Shown piece by piece: positions 1 through 7,508 of a stretch of DNA of 11,019 bases. How positions within the stretch are numbered: the first letter of the stretch is position 1; each line of letters opens with the position of its first letter. Position numbers and translations under genes: made by a program. This DNA is from Promethearchaeota archaeon (GTDB lineage: Archaea; Asgardarchaeota; Lokiarchaeia; Sigyniarchaeales; SOKP01). The stretch lies in the NCBI GenBank assembly GCA_048938895.1, contig JBHLLU010000096.1:1-11019 (forward strand), in the 5' to 3' direction. The notes under the pieces were generated by a model. It was not told the DNA's origin. It worked only from the letters and a program-made list of their open reading frames with translations, and made no database searches.

Positions 1-287
1 GGAATTACTCCTGGTGTAAAAGATAGCCATTCTTTTTTTATCTCCCAACTATAATGGCGTTTAAACCATCCTAAAACGGATTCATAATAATCAAAATGAT
101 AATCCGAATAACCAAAAATGCCATGTTTTGCACGATCAATAATTGCATTAATGATAGGCTCTGGAGATTTGAAGTCCATGTCTGCTACCCAGAGCGGTAA
201 AATATCTTTCTTATAGGTTTCCCATTTAGCGGATTGAGTCCCAAAACGGTCAACTACTTTATCAAAAGACCAATTTTGTTTTTTCAT
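1..287 (-). CDS. MalY/PatB family PLP-dependent C-S lyase/aminotransferase, N-terminal part (runs off the window start)
   Basis: Not in the ORF track. Manual translation from ATG at 287 gives MKKQNWSFDKVVDRFGTQSAKWETYKKDILPLWVADMDFKSPEPIINAIIDRAKHGIFGYS...WLSFTPGVI. PLWVADMDF, HGIFGY and FTPGV are MalY/PatB hallmarks. Confidence 0.9.
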   Translation of the reverse strand, partial: MKKQNWSFDKVVDRFGTQSAKWETYKKDILPLWVADMDFKSPEPIINAIIDRAKHGIFGYSDYHFDYYESVLGWFKRHYSWEIKKEWLSFTPGVI

Positions 288-395
288 AACTTCAGATCCT
301 TACTTATTAAAGTTAAGTATTAGAAAAACACCAAATAGATAAGTATTGCTTTTTAGAAAGTAGGTAAAATAAAGAAAAAAAATAATTTATATTTT

Positions 396-785
396 CTATT
401 GTTTTTGTTGTTGAATATAGAAATACAAGAATAAAACGAAAAATATTATCAATAATGCGAAGTTAAACCATCCTGCCCAGCCTGTTTCATCTACAAATGT
501 CCCAATTAACTGAATAATTGCTCCTAGTATGCATATTAATAGATCTAATATAACAAATATTTCAACGTTATCCCATTCTGATTCTCTATAAACAAGAAAT
601 TCCACAAAAGCAAAACTTAGAAACATAACTCCAATAAATCTACCTGCTGTAGGATCTAAATCAGGCCAGCTGAATAATTCTGTATATTGTTCAATGAAAA
701 ATGTGAAGAAAACTCCAAATATTAGAAAAACAAAAAGTTGCACCAGAAATAAATACTTCAATTCCTTTAATATTGCCGGACTCAT
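396..785 (-). CDS. Hypothetical integral membrane protein (about 4 TM helices)
   Basis: 129-aa ORF with four hydrophobic segments. Purine-rich GAGGG lies upstream of the ATG on the minus strand. Confidence 0.75.
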   Translation of the reverse strand: MSPAILKELKYLFLVQLFVFLIFGVFFTFFIEQYTELFSWPDLDPTAGRFIGVMFLSFAFVEFLVYRESEWDNVEIFVILDLLICILGAIIQLIGTFVDETGWAGWFNFALLIIFFVLFLYFYIQQQKQ

Positions 786-895
786 TTTATTGTTCCCTCT
801 TATAACAATTTTTTCAAAAAATTACAAAAAAGTTATGTAGCTTAGAATATAAATCTTATTGCATTTATGTCTTTTAGAGTATTAGGTTAAGATTA

Positions 896-1510
896 ATGAT
901 AATAAATTTTTATCCTCCCTCACTTTATAATTTTCTATGGTATATAAGGTCCAATTCCATAGGTAATAGAATTTTGGATTGTGGTGCGGGAGGTTCTGAT
1001 CCTAAGCTTGCTTTTTTTAAAGAAAATGGATTCGAAGTATACGGAATTGATATTTCAGAAGATCAAATTAAGGGAGCTATTGAATATTCTGAAAGAAACA
1101 ATGTTAAACTAAATATAATTAAAGGAGACATGAGAAAAATACCATATAATTCAGATTTTTTTGATTACATCTATTCTTATAACTCAATATTTCATTTAAG
1201 CAAAAAAGATAGTGGAATTGCTGTAATTGAAATGCATCGTGTACTTAAAAAAAATGGATTATGTTATCTAAATTTTCTCTCTGTTGATGATAAATGGTCA
1301 AAAGAAGGAGATGAAATCAATCCTGGAGAACTTATTACCAAAGAAGGTGATAAAGAGTATTTTCACAGCTATTATGATGATGATGAACCTGATATCTATT
1401 TTAAGGAAAATTTTGAAATTATCTATAAGGAGAAAACACAGATAAAAATTGGTAGATATTTCAATACTGGTCGTAGCTGCATTCTTGAATATATTGCAAG
1501 AAAGAAATAA
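896..1510 (+). CDS. Class I SAM-dependent methyltransferase
   Basis: Motif I ILDCGAGG, plus VYGIDIS, KGDMRKIPY, FDYIYS, SIFH and EMHRVLKKNG. Confidence 0.9.
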   Translation: MIINFYPPSLYNFLWYIRSNSIGNRILDCGAGGSDPKLAFFKENGFEVYGIDISEDQIKGAIEYSERNNVKLNIIKGDMRKIPYNSDFFDYIYSYNSIFHLSKKDSGIAVIEMHRVLKKNGLCYLNFLSVDDKWSKEGDEINPGELITKEGDKEYFHSYYDDDEPDIYFKENFEIIYKEKTQIKIGRYFNTGRSCILEYIARKK

Positions 1511-1554
1511 GAACAAGCCAATTTTAAAAATTCTACAAGCTAAAAATCATCTTC

Positions 1555-1564
1555 TTTTTTTTTT
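1555..1564 (+). terminator. Oligo-T tract, putative archaeal terminator of the methyltransferase gene
   Basis: T10 run about 45 nt after the stop codon. Confidence 0.45.
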
Positions 1565-1673
1565 ACATAATTGTCATTTAAAATAACAAGTTATTAATTT
1601 AACAAAAGAATTTGATTAAATAATATAAATTTCTTTATTTCGAATTGATTTAAGAAAAAAGAGTATGAAATAA

Positions 1674-3551
1674 ATGGTAAATGGAATTTTTGGCAAGATA
1701 TTATGGGTTGATCTTTCAGATGGAACTTATAAAGAAGAAACACTTCCAGAAGAGATATATCGGCAATATCTTGGGGGATATGGATTAGCTGCCAAGTTAA
1801 TATATGAAAATATGCCTGCAAAAGCAGATCCATTAGGATCTGAAGCAATTATAGGCGTTTTTCCTGGATTATTGACAGGTACAGTAGCCCCTTTCAGTGG
1901 ACGATATATGCTTGCTGGTAAATCACCATTGACGGGTACATGGGGTGATGCTAACAGTGGTGGTTTTTTTGGACCAGAAATTAAAAAATGTGGTTTTGAT
2001 GGAATTTTGATAAAAGGTAGTTCTCCTACACCAAAGTATATCACAATCATCGATGATGAAATCAAAATCTCAGATGCCTCTGAAATTTGGGGAAAGGACG
2101 CGGTAGAAACCGAAGAAATTCTAAAAGATAAGCATAATAATGCTCAAGTGGCTTGTATTGGGCAAGCTGGTGAGAACCTTTCATTGATATCTGGTATTGT
2201 TAACGATAAAGGAAGAATAGCGGCCAGAAGTGGATTTGGAGCCGTTTGGGGCTCAAAAAAGTTGAAAGCTATTGTACTTAAGGGTAATAAGAAGATTCCA
2301 CATGCAGATCGGGATTCCTTATTAAGTCATTCAAAAGAATATAACAATAAAATAGCAGAAGCAAAAGGTGGTATGGCTACGATATTCAAGAACTACGGTA
2401 CATCTGCAGGTAATGTGTTTTCGGGAAGTAATGGAGATACACCTGTTAAAAATTGGGGCGGAAACTCCCGAGATGATTTTCCAACTGATAGGTTAAACAA
2501 GATATCAGCTGGAGAAATAGATAAATATAAACAGAAAAATTATGGCTGTTTTTCATGTCCACTACGATGCGGTGCTATAATGAAAGTCCCTGAATTAAAC
2601 ATTGAGGAAACTCACAGACCTGAATATGAAACTTGTGCATCGTTTGGTCCCTTGATACTTAATGATGACCTAATGTCGATTTTTACATTGAATGAGCTAT
2701 GTAATCGAGCCTGTTTAGATACAATCTCAGCTGGGGGAACTGTTGCTTTTGCAATAGAATGTTATGAAAACGGGTTAATTAACAATGAGGATACCGATGG
2801 TCTTGAATTAAATTGGGGTAATTCAAGTGCTGTGATTGCACTAGTTAAGAAGATGACCACCCGTGAAGGATTTGGAGATATATTAGCTGATGGGTGTAAG
2901 AAAGCTTCTGAAAAAATTGGTAAAGGAAGTGAAAAATATGCGATAACATCGTTGGGTCAAGAACTTGGTATGCATGATTCTAAGTTTATGAGTTCTCTAG
3001 GTATGGCGTTTGCTTTTGATCCCACTCCTGGTAAACACACCAATTCAAATATTGATATGATTGCAATGGGTCCTATTGGGAGGAATCAGTATGTTGATGG
3101 ATTTACTATACCAAAAATCTCTCAAGAATTGGGAGATGAAAGATATGAAGCTCTTATGTTAGTAAATGCCCTTGCTCAATTTTCAAATTGCCTTGGACTA
3201 TGTATGTTTGCTAGCATGTTACAGAAATATCCTATGCGAGAATTAACAATAAGTTTGACAGGCTGGGATATAACGATAGAAGAATTAATTAACATAGGCC
3301 GAAGAATACAGACAATACGTCAAGCTTTCACAATTCGAGAGGGTATAATTCTAGCAGAAAATACATTACCGGGAAGGGCGTATGGTGATCCGCCTTTTGA
3401 GAGTGGACCTCATAAAGGAAAAATAATAGATTATAAAGGAGATTATAAAGGTTTTTGCGAAAAGATAGGATGGGATCCTAAAAACGGGTACCCCTTAAAA
3501 GAAACATTAACGGAATTAAACTTAGATTTCATCATAAAGGATCTCTATTAA
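1674..3551 (+). CDS. aor: Aldehyde:ferredoxin oxidoreductase family protein (tungstopterin, 4Fe-4S)
   Basis: 625 aa. N-terminal GKILWVDLS/YLGGYGL, KSPLTG, ANSGG, ARSGFGAVWGSKKLKAI, Fe-S ligands CFSCPLRC and GLCMF, PEYET, DTISAG, REGFGDILADG. Confidence 0.93.
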   Translation: MVNGIFGKILWVDLSDGTYKEETLPEEIYRQYLGGYGLAAKLIYENMPAKADPLGSEAIIGVFPGLLTGTVAPFSGRYMLAGKSPLTGTWGDANSGGFFGPEIKKCGFDGILIKGSSPTPKYITIIDDEIKISDASEIWGKDAVETEEILKDKHNNAQVACIGQAGENLSLISGIVNDKGRIAARSGFGAVWGSKKLKAIVLKGNKKIPHADRDSLLSHSKEYNNKIAEAKGGMATIFKNYGTSAGNVFSGSNGDTPVKNWGGNSRDDFPTDRLNKISAGEIDKYKQKNYGCFSCPLRCGAIMKVPELNIEETHRPEYETCASFGPLILNDDLMSIFTLNELCNRACLDTISAGGTVAFAIECYENGLINNEDTDGLELNWGNSSAVIALVKKMTTREGFGDILADGCKKASEKIGKGSEKYAITSLGQELGMHDSKFMSSLGMAFAFDPTPGKHTNSNIDMIAMGPIGRNQYVDGFTIPKISQELGDERYEALMLVNALAQFSNCLGLCMFASMLQKYPMRELTISLTGWDITIEELINIGRRIQTIRQAFTIREGIILAENTLPGRAYGDPPFESGPHKGKIIDYKGDYKGFCEKIGWDPKNGYPLKETLTELNLDFIIKDLY

Positions 3552-3625
3552 TTTCTTATCAGAAAGAAGTAAGTAAAATATTAAAACCAGAATAAAAAAT
3601 TAGAAATAAAATTTAAAAAAAAAAT

Positions 3626-3715
3626 CTATCTATTAAATAATCGAGGATTGTATCCTTCATTAAAAACCTTCAATTCGGCTTTTTCCCTTACGGATAAGGC
3701 TTTATTTTTTCTCAT
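3626..3715 (-). CDS. Putative 29-aa basic small protein (MRKNKALSVREKAELKVFNEGYNPRLFNR)
   Basis: Manual translation ATG(3715) to TAG(3626). It is GC-richer than its flanks, has an A-rich leader with AAGGT and a TATA-like TTAAATATA upstream, and a long T tract right after the stop. Confidence 0.5.
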   Translation of the reverse strand: MRKNKALSVREKAELKVFNEGYNPRLFNR

Positions 3716-4001
3716 TTTTTTTTTACCTTTTTTTTGTTGTTTTTATTATATTTAATTTAGATAAACTATTATATTTAGTTTCATTCTATAAACTTCAGGC
3801 GAAGTTCGAATACTTAAGAAAGCAAAGTAAGAAAGAATGTATTAAAGGTATGAGGGTATTTATGATGTAAAAATAGGAAAAACTTTGTAGTTTAAATAGT
3901 TCTGATAAAAGTTGTGTTTAATCTACTGATATTATACCCCTAATTAAAGAAGGTAATCTTTTCATTAGTATAGTCTGCTTTAGAATCAACAAATTTTAAT
4001 A

Positions 4002-4086
4002 AGGTTGCACCTGTCAACACTCGCAAATATACGAAAATCACTTTCCAAGAGACAAAAATCCAGGGTGCTTGACAGGGGCAGAACCT
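4002..4086 (-). ncRNA. Putative structured ncRNA, copy A (terminal stem plus Sm-site-like GAUUUUUG core)
   Basis: Minus strand reads AGGUUCUGCCCCUGUCAAGCAC-CCUGGAUUUUUGUCUCUUGG-AAAGUGAUUU-UCGUAUAUUUGCGA-GUGUUGACAGGUGCAACCU. The 5' and 3' ends form a long bulged stem. An internal hairpin has a U-G wobble that favours this strand. 29/32 nt identical to 7515-7546. Confidence 0.6.
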
Positions 4087-4106
4087 ACTTTTTGTATAGA
4101 GGAGAG

Positions 4107-4114
4107 TTTAAAAA
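4107..4114 (-). promoter_or_regulatory. TATA-like box (TTTTTAAA) for ncRNA copy A
   Basis: Ends 20 nt upstream of the stem start at 4086 and has an A-rich BRE-like stretch further upstream. This spacing fits an archaeal promoter. Confidence 0.45.
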
Positions 4115-4226
4115 GTACTTTTTATTTTCGAGTCTTCAAATTAAAATTTTAAATTAATTAAAGTAAGTAACTGGCATGAATCCCAAAAAGGAGAATAAAA
4201 CTAATTTTTTCCCCTAATTAATTCAA

Positions 4227-4280
4227 TGTGTATTCATGATTTTTTCAGAGATTAGGCTGCTCTAATAACATGAATACGTA
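4227..4280 (+). other. Intergenic nested stem-loop
   Basis: TGTGTATTCATG (4227-4238) pairs with CATGAATACGTA (4269-4280), 12 bp including two G-U wobbles. It encloses AUUUUUUC and the hairpin ATTAG/CTAAT. Confidence 0.45.
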
Positions 4281-4507
4281 AAAATATCCCCTTATTGAGT
4301 TATCATGCTCAATTACTTGAGTGGTTACACAAAAATAAGGTTTAAAATAACGTTAGGGATTGAAGGTTTTGTAATTTTATTCATTTTGGAAAAGATTCTA
4401 ACGACTAATTCATAAGGTTACAGTTATTAATTCAAATTAATCTAAAATAAAAATAATACCTAATTAAATTAAGAATGGTCTTTTAAATAGGATAAAATGA
4501 GTGAATA

Positions 4508-4879
4508 ATGAATGATTATAACAAGTATTCAATTAATCTAGAAATCCAATTCCAACCTTTAGAAATTATCGACATTGCAAAAAAAATTGATGAATCTACT
4601 AAAAATTGGCAGAACGTCTCTCTATGTATGGTTAATGATTCAGTAGTTAGATTAGCTGTTATTGAAGGAGAGTTTCATTGGCACAAACATGAAAATGAGG
4701 ATGAATTCTTCTATGTTATCGAAGGATCTCTATTAATTGATTTAGAAGAAAGAACAATTGAATTGAAACCTATTCAAGGATTTACTATCCCAAAAGGGGT
4801 AATCCATAGAACAAGGGCTCCAACTCGCACTTCAGTTTTATTAGTAGAAAAAAATACAGTAATCCCTACTGGAGATTAA
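4508..4879 (+). CDS. Cupin domain protein (mannose-6-phosphate isomerase-like)
   Basis: Cupin motif 1 GEFHWHKHENEDEFFYVIEG and motif 2 FTIPKGVIHRT. Confidence 0.9.
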   Translation: MNDYNKYSINLEIQFQPLEIIDIAKKIDESTKNWQNVSLCMVNDSVVRLAVIEGEFHWHKHENEDEFFYVIEGSLLIDLEERTIELKPIQGFTIPKGVIHRTRAPTRTSVLLVEKNTVIPTGD

Positions 4880-4952
4880 ATTTTTTAAAAAATTTTATAT
4901 GAAGAGTAGCATGAGTTTGTTTTCATTGAAATTAAGATACACCAAAAATTGG

Positions 4953-5672
4953 TCATTTCCTCTTTATAACTTTTATTAAAATTGGAATAAATAATGCAAC
5001 TACCGTGATGATGACGGCTGCTGAGATAATTAAGACAAGATTACCAGGGTTATCTTTAGATTTGATTATAGTTAAGCTTGATATTATCTCATTATTATGC
5101 TTTATTACTTCATTAACTAATATCCCTTTTTTATTATACGTGAGGATGGCTTGATCGTTTCCAATATCTATTATAATAGTATTGTCACTCACATTTGCAG
5201 ACCATAGAGTATAACTTTCAATGAACACTTTAACTATATTTATATCCACAGGATCATCTGGGATAATAAAATATCCTCCATAACCATGTAATAATAGATT
5301 ATTCATGCTGTCATCGAATTTAAAGAATTGATCAGTCTTATTATAAAGCAAACATAGCTGATTTTGGAATTCTAAATTATCAACATTCATTACTACATAG
5401 GTACTCGTGTTGACATTATACTTGCTGACGGATACATTAGCACCTAATGCTCGGATTATTTCTTCATATTGATATAATTTTACGAATTCTACTTTAATTT
5501 TATATGATTGAGGCGCGAAGTTATCTTCCCAATCATATTCTATGAATCCTTCTTCATCTATCGGGAGTGAGCAACCACCAAGTTTAAAACCAGCAAATAC
5601 TATGTTAATACAACTAGCAAAAGCTAAAAGAAATATTAAGATATTCTTGAGTATATGGAATTTTTCTTTCAT
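4953..5672 (-). CDS. Hypothetical secreted, C-terminally membrane-anchored protein
   Basis: Likely start is ATG at 5672 (MKEKFHILKNILIFLLAFA...), giving a signal-peptide-like N-terminus. C-terminal TM helix followed by a basic tail (KVIKRK). The ORF track's start at 5696 is a TTG. Confidence 0.75.
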   Translation of the reverse strand: MKEKFHILKNILIFLLAFASCINIVFAGFKLGGCSLPIDEEGFIEYDWEDNFAPQSYKIKVEFVKLYQYEEIIRALGANVSVSKYNVNTSTYVVMNVDNLEFQNQLCLLYNKTDQFFKFDDSMNNLLLHGYGGYFIIPDDPVDINIVKVFIESYTLWSANVSDNTIIIDIGNDQAILTYNKKGILVNEVIKHNNEIISSLTIIKSKDNPGNLVLIISAAVIITVVALFIPILIKVIKRK

Positions 5673-5891
5673 TAAAAGTAAATGGTTGACAATCAAATTA
5701 AAGCTTTTCTGATATTAACTTAATTTTTATCGCGATTTTCCTTTTTTTCCTTTTACTTAATTGAAATATCTTTTATTTCATGTGAGAAAACGGTATAATT
5801 GAAAGATTTATAAGTTTAAATCACCATTAAATCCTTAGAGAAAAGGTATTTAGGAAAAAAGAATTTCAAAAACTAAAAGTTAATCGTTGAT

Positions 5892-6488
5892 ATGAGATTT
5901 AATTTAAGATTATTTAGAGATTGGAAAAGAAGATTCTCCCTAAAGAAAAAAAGAATAGTTTTTAAACCTCCTTTTAACTATGATTACACATTTAAGGTAT
6001 TATTATTTGGAGAAACTGGAGCAGGTAAGACGGGATTAGCACAAAGGTATTGTTATGATATTTTTGATCCGTCAGAAAAGTTAACAATAGGCGTAGATTT
6101 TTACGTTAAAGCGATAGAAAAGAATGGAAAAAAGGTTAAGTTACAAATTTGGGATATTTCTGGTGAGGATCAATTCCGATTTCTTTTTCCGAGTTATTGT
6201 CTTGGAGCTAATGCTGCTATACTCATTTTTGATATTACTAAATCCAAGACTCTACACATTATGTCCCAATGGATTGAAATAATAAGAGAAAATGCGGGTG
6301 ATATCCCAATAATCTTAATTGGAACGAAATTAGATCTTGAAGAATTTCGTGAATTGAACAGAGATGAAATATTTGAAATAACGAAAAAATTTAAATTATC
6401 AAGTTATAATGAAATTTCAACTAAAACAGGTGAAAACGTAGTAAGTACATTCGATGTGCTTACTGATTTATTAATTAACAATCTGTAG
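5892..6488 (+). CDS. Rab-like small GTPase (Ras superfamily, eukaryotic signature protein)
   Basis: G1 GETGAGKT, G2/RabF1 TIGVDF, RabF2 KLQIW, G3 WDISGE, RabF4-like YCLGA, RabF5-like LIFDIT, G4 TKLD, G5 STK. No C-terminal prenylation cysteines. Confidence 0.92.
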   Translation: MRFNLRLFRDWKRRFSLKKKRIVFKPPFNYDYTFKVLLFGETGAGKTGLAQRYCYDIFDPSEKLTIGVDFYVKAIEKNGKKVKLQIWDISGEDQFRFLFPSYCLGANAAILIFDITKSKTLHIMSQWIEIIRENAGDIPIILIGTKLDLEEFRELNRDEIFEITKKFKLSSYNEISTKTGENVVSTFDVLTDLLINNL

Positions 6489-6570
6489 AGATTTCTATAA
6501 AAAAGGAATAATTAAGTAAAACTTATTTATACTTAATTAACATAAAGAAAATTAAATAACACTATTATAG

Positions 6571-7389
6571 ATGAAATTTGTGAAAAAATCATCTTATTGT
6601 TTCATTCTACTGTCTTATATTGTTATCTTAAATTTATTTCTATTTTCAATACCCACGATGGCGTTAAAGGAGAAACACTCGATTATAACCATCGAAGATT
6701 CTACAATTGATGCAAATAATCCTACTACTAATTATGGGGGTACAGATGATCTCGAAGTGGGGTATATTAGCAATTGGTTGGAAGCTTATATAAAATTTAC
6801 TTTATCTGGTGCGCCCAGCAGTTTTGCTGAAGTACATCTACGATTAGATTTTCTCCAAGTCTCAGCTACAACACGTATTTATATTTATGAAACATCCACT
6901 GCTTGGGATGAATACACGATTACATGGAATAATGCTCCTTCATATGGGACTCCTGTAGATTCGGTTATAGTAACTCAAAATACCGCCTATGAAATAGATA
7001 TTACAGAGAGTATTCGATCCGAATCAGGATTTTGGTCTATCTGTCTTACATCTCTTGAAACGAATTGGCTGAGATTGGCATCAAGGCAATACCCAAGCAT
7101 ATATGAACCTCCTACAATTATTTATTATGCTAAGGAAAGTGATGCTTCAATATATATGGGCATAATCATAGCCATAACTGTAATAGCAGTTGCTATAATA
7201 GGGTTCTTAGGCTTCATCTTTTATAGGAGAAATAGATTTCCAAAAGAAATTATTAAACCTATTATACCAAAAGAGACTTCTAGTCAGGTAATTCCTCAAA
7301 CAAGAACAGGAATGAAATATTGTGTTCACTGTGGTCAAGAAAATCGTGAAGATTATAGCTTTTGTGTTGCATGTGGGAAGGAAATTTAA
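6571..7389 (+). CDS. Single-pass membrane protein: signal peptide, DNRLRE/CBM96-like domain, TM helix, cytoplasmic zinc ribbon
   Basis: DSTIDANNPTTNYG, AYIKF, WDEYTITWNNAP, EIDIT and LASRQ...P resemble the DNRLRE family. A TM helix is followed by YRRNR. C-terminal CVHCG...FCVACG. Confidence 0.8.
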   Translation: MKFVKKSSYCFILLSYIVILNLFLFSIPTMALKEKHSIITIEDSTIDANNPTTNYGGTDDLEVGYISNWLEAYIKFTLSGAPSSFAEVHLRLDFLQVSATTRIYIYETSTAWDEYTITWNNAPSYGTPVDSVIVTQNTAYEIDITESIRSESGFWSICLTSLETNWLRLASRQYPSIYEPPTIIYYAKESDASIYMGIIIAITVIAVAIIGFLGFIFYRRNRFPKEIIKPIIPKETSSQVIPQTRTGMKYCVHCGQENREDYSFCVACGKEI

Positions 7390-7480
7390 TCGAAGCTTTT
7401 TTTAAAAATACTAAATATCGAAGATTAATTCTAGTATCAATTTAAAAACAAAATTCAATAATAAATTATAGTCATTAGAA

Positions 7481-7487
7481 TTAAATA
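7481..7487 (+). promoter_or_regulatory. TATA-like box (TTAAATA) for ncRNA copy B
   Basis: Ends 21 nt upstream of the stem start at 7509, nearly the same spacing as copy A. The region is AT-rich, so a chance match is possible. Confidence 0.4.
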
Positions 7488-7508
7488 GGAAAATAATAAC
7501 TTCTAGTT

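Noticed and set aside
1511-1673. Moco/tungsten-cofactor riboswitch upstream of aor
   Set aside because: The region is extremely AT-rich and has no multi-stem GC-containing structure.
1298-2065. Minus-strand ORFs 1298-1516, 1594-1848 and 1727-2065
   Set aside because: They are antisense shadows of the methyltransferase and aor genes and carry no recognisable motifs.
4002-4086. Copies A and B as MITE, attC, CRISPR repeat or ORB elements
   Set aside because: The outermost ends differ between copies while the interior is conserved, the opposite of a MITE. There is no attC core geometry, no array periodicity, and no integrase, cas, transposase or cdc6 gene in the window. Not formally excluded.
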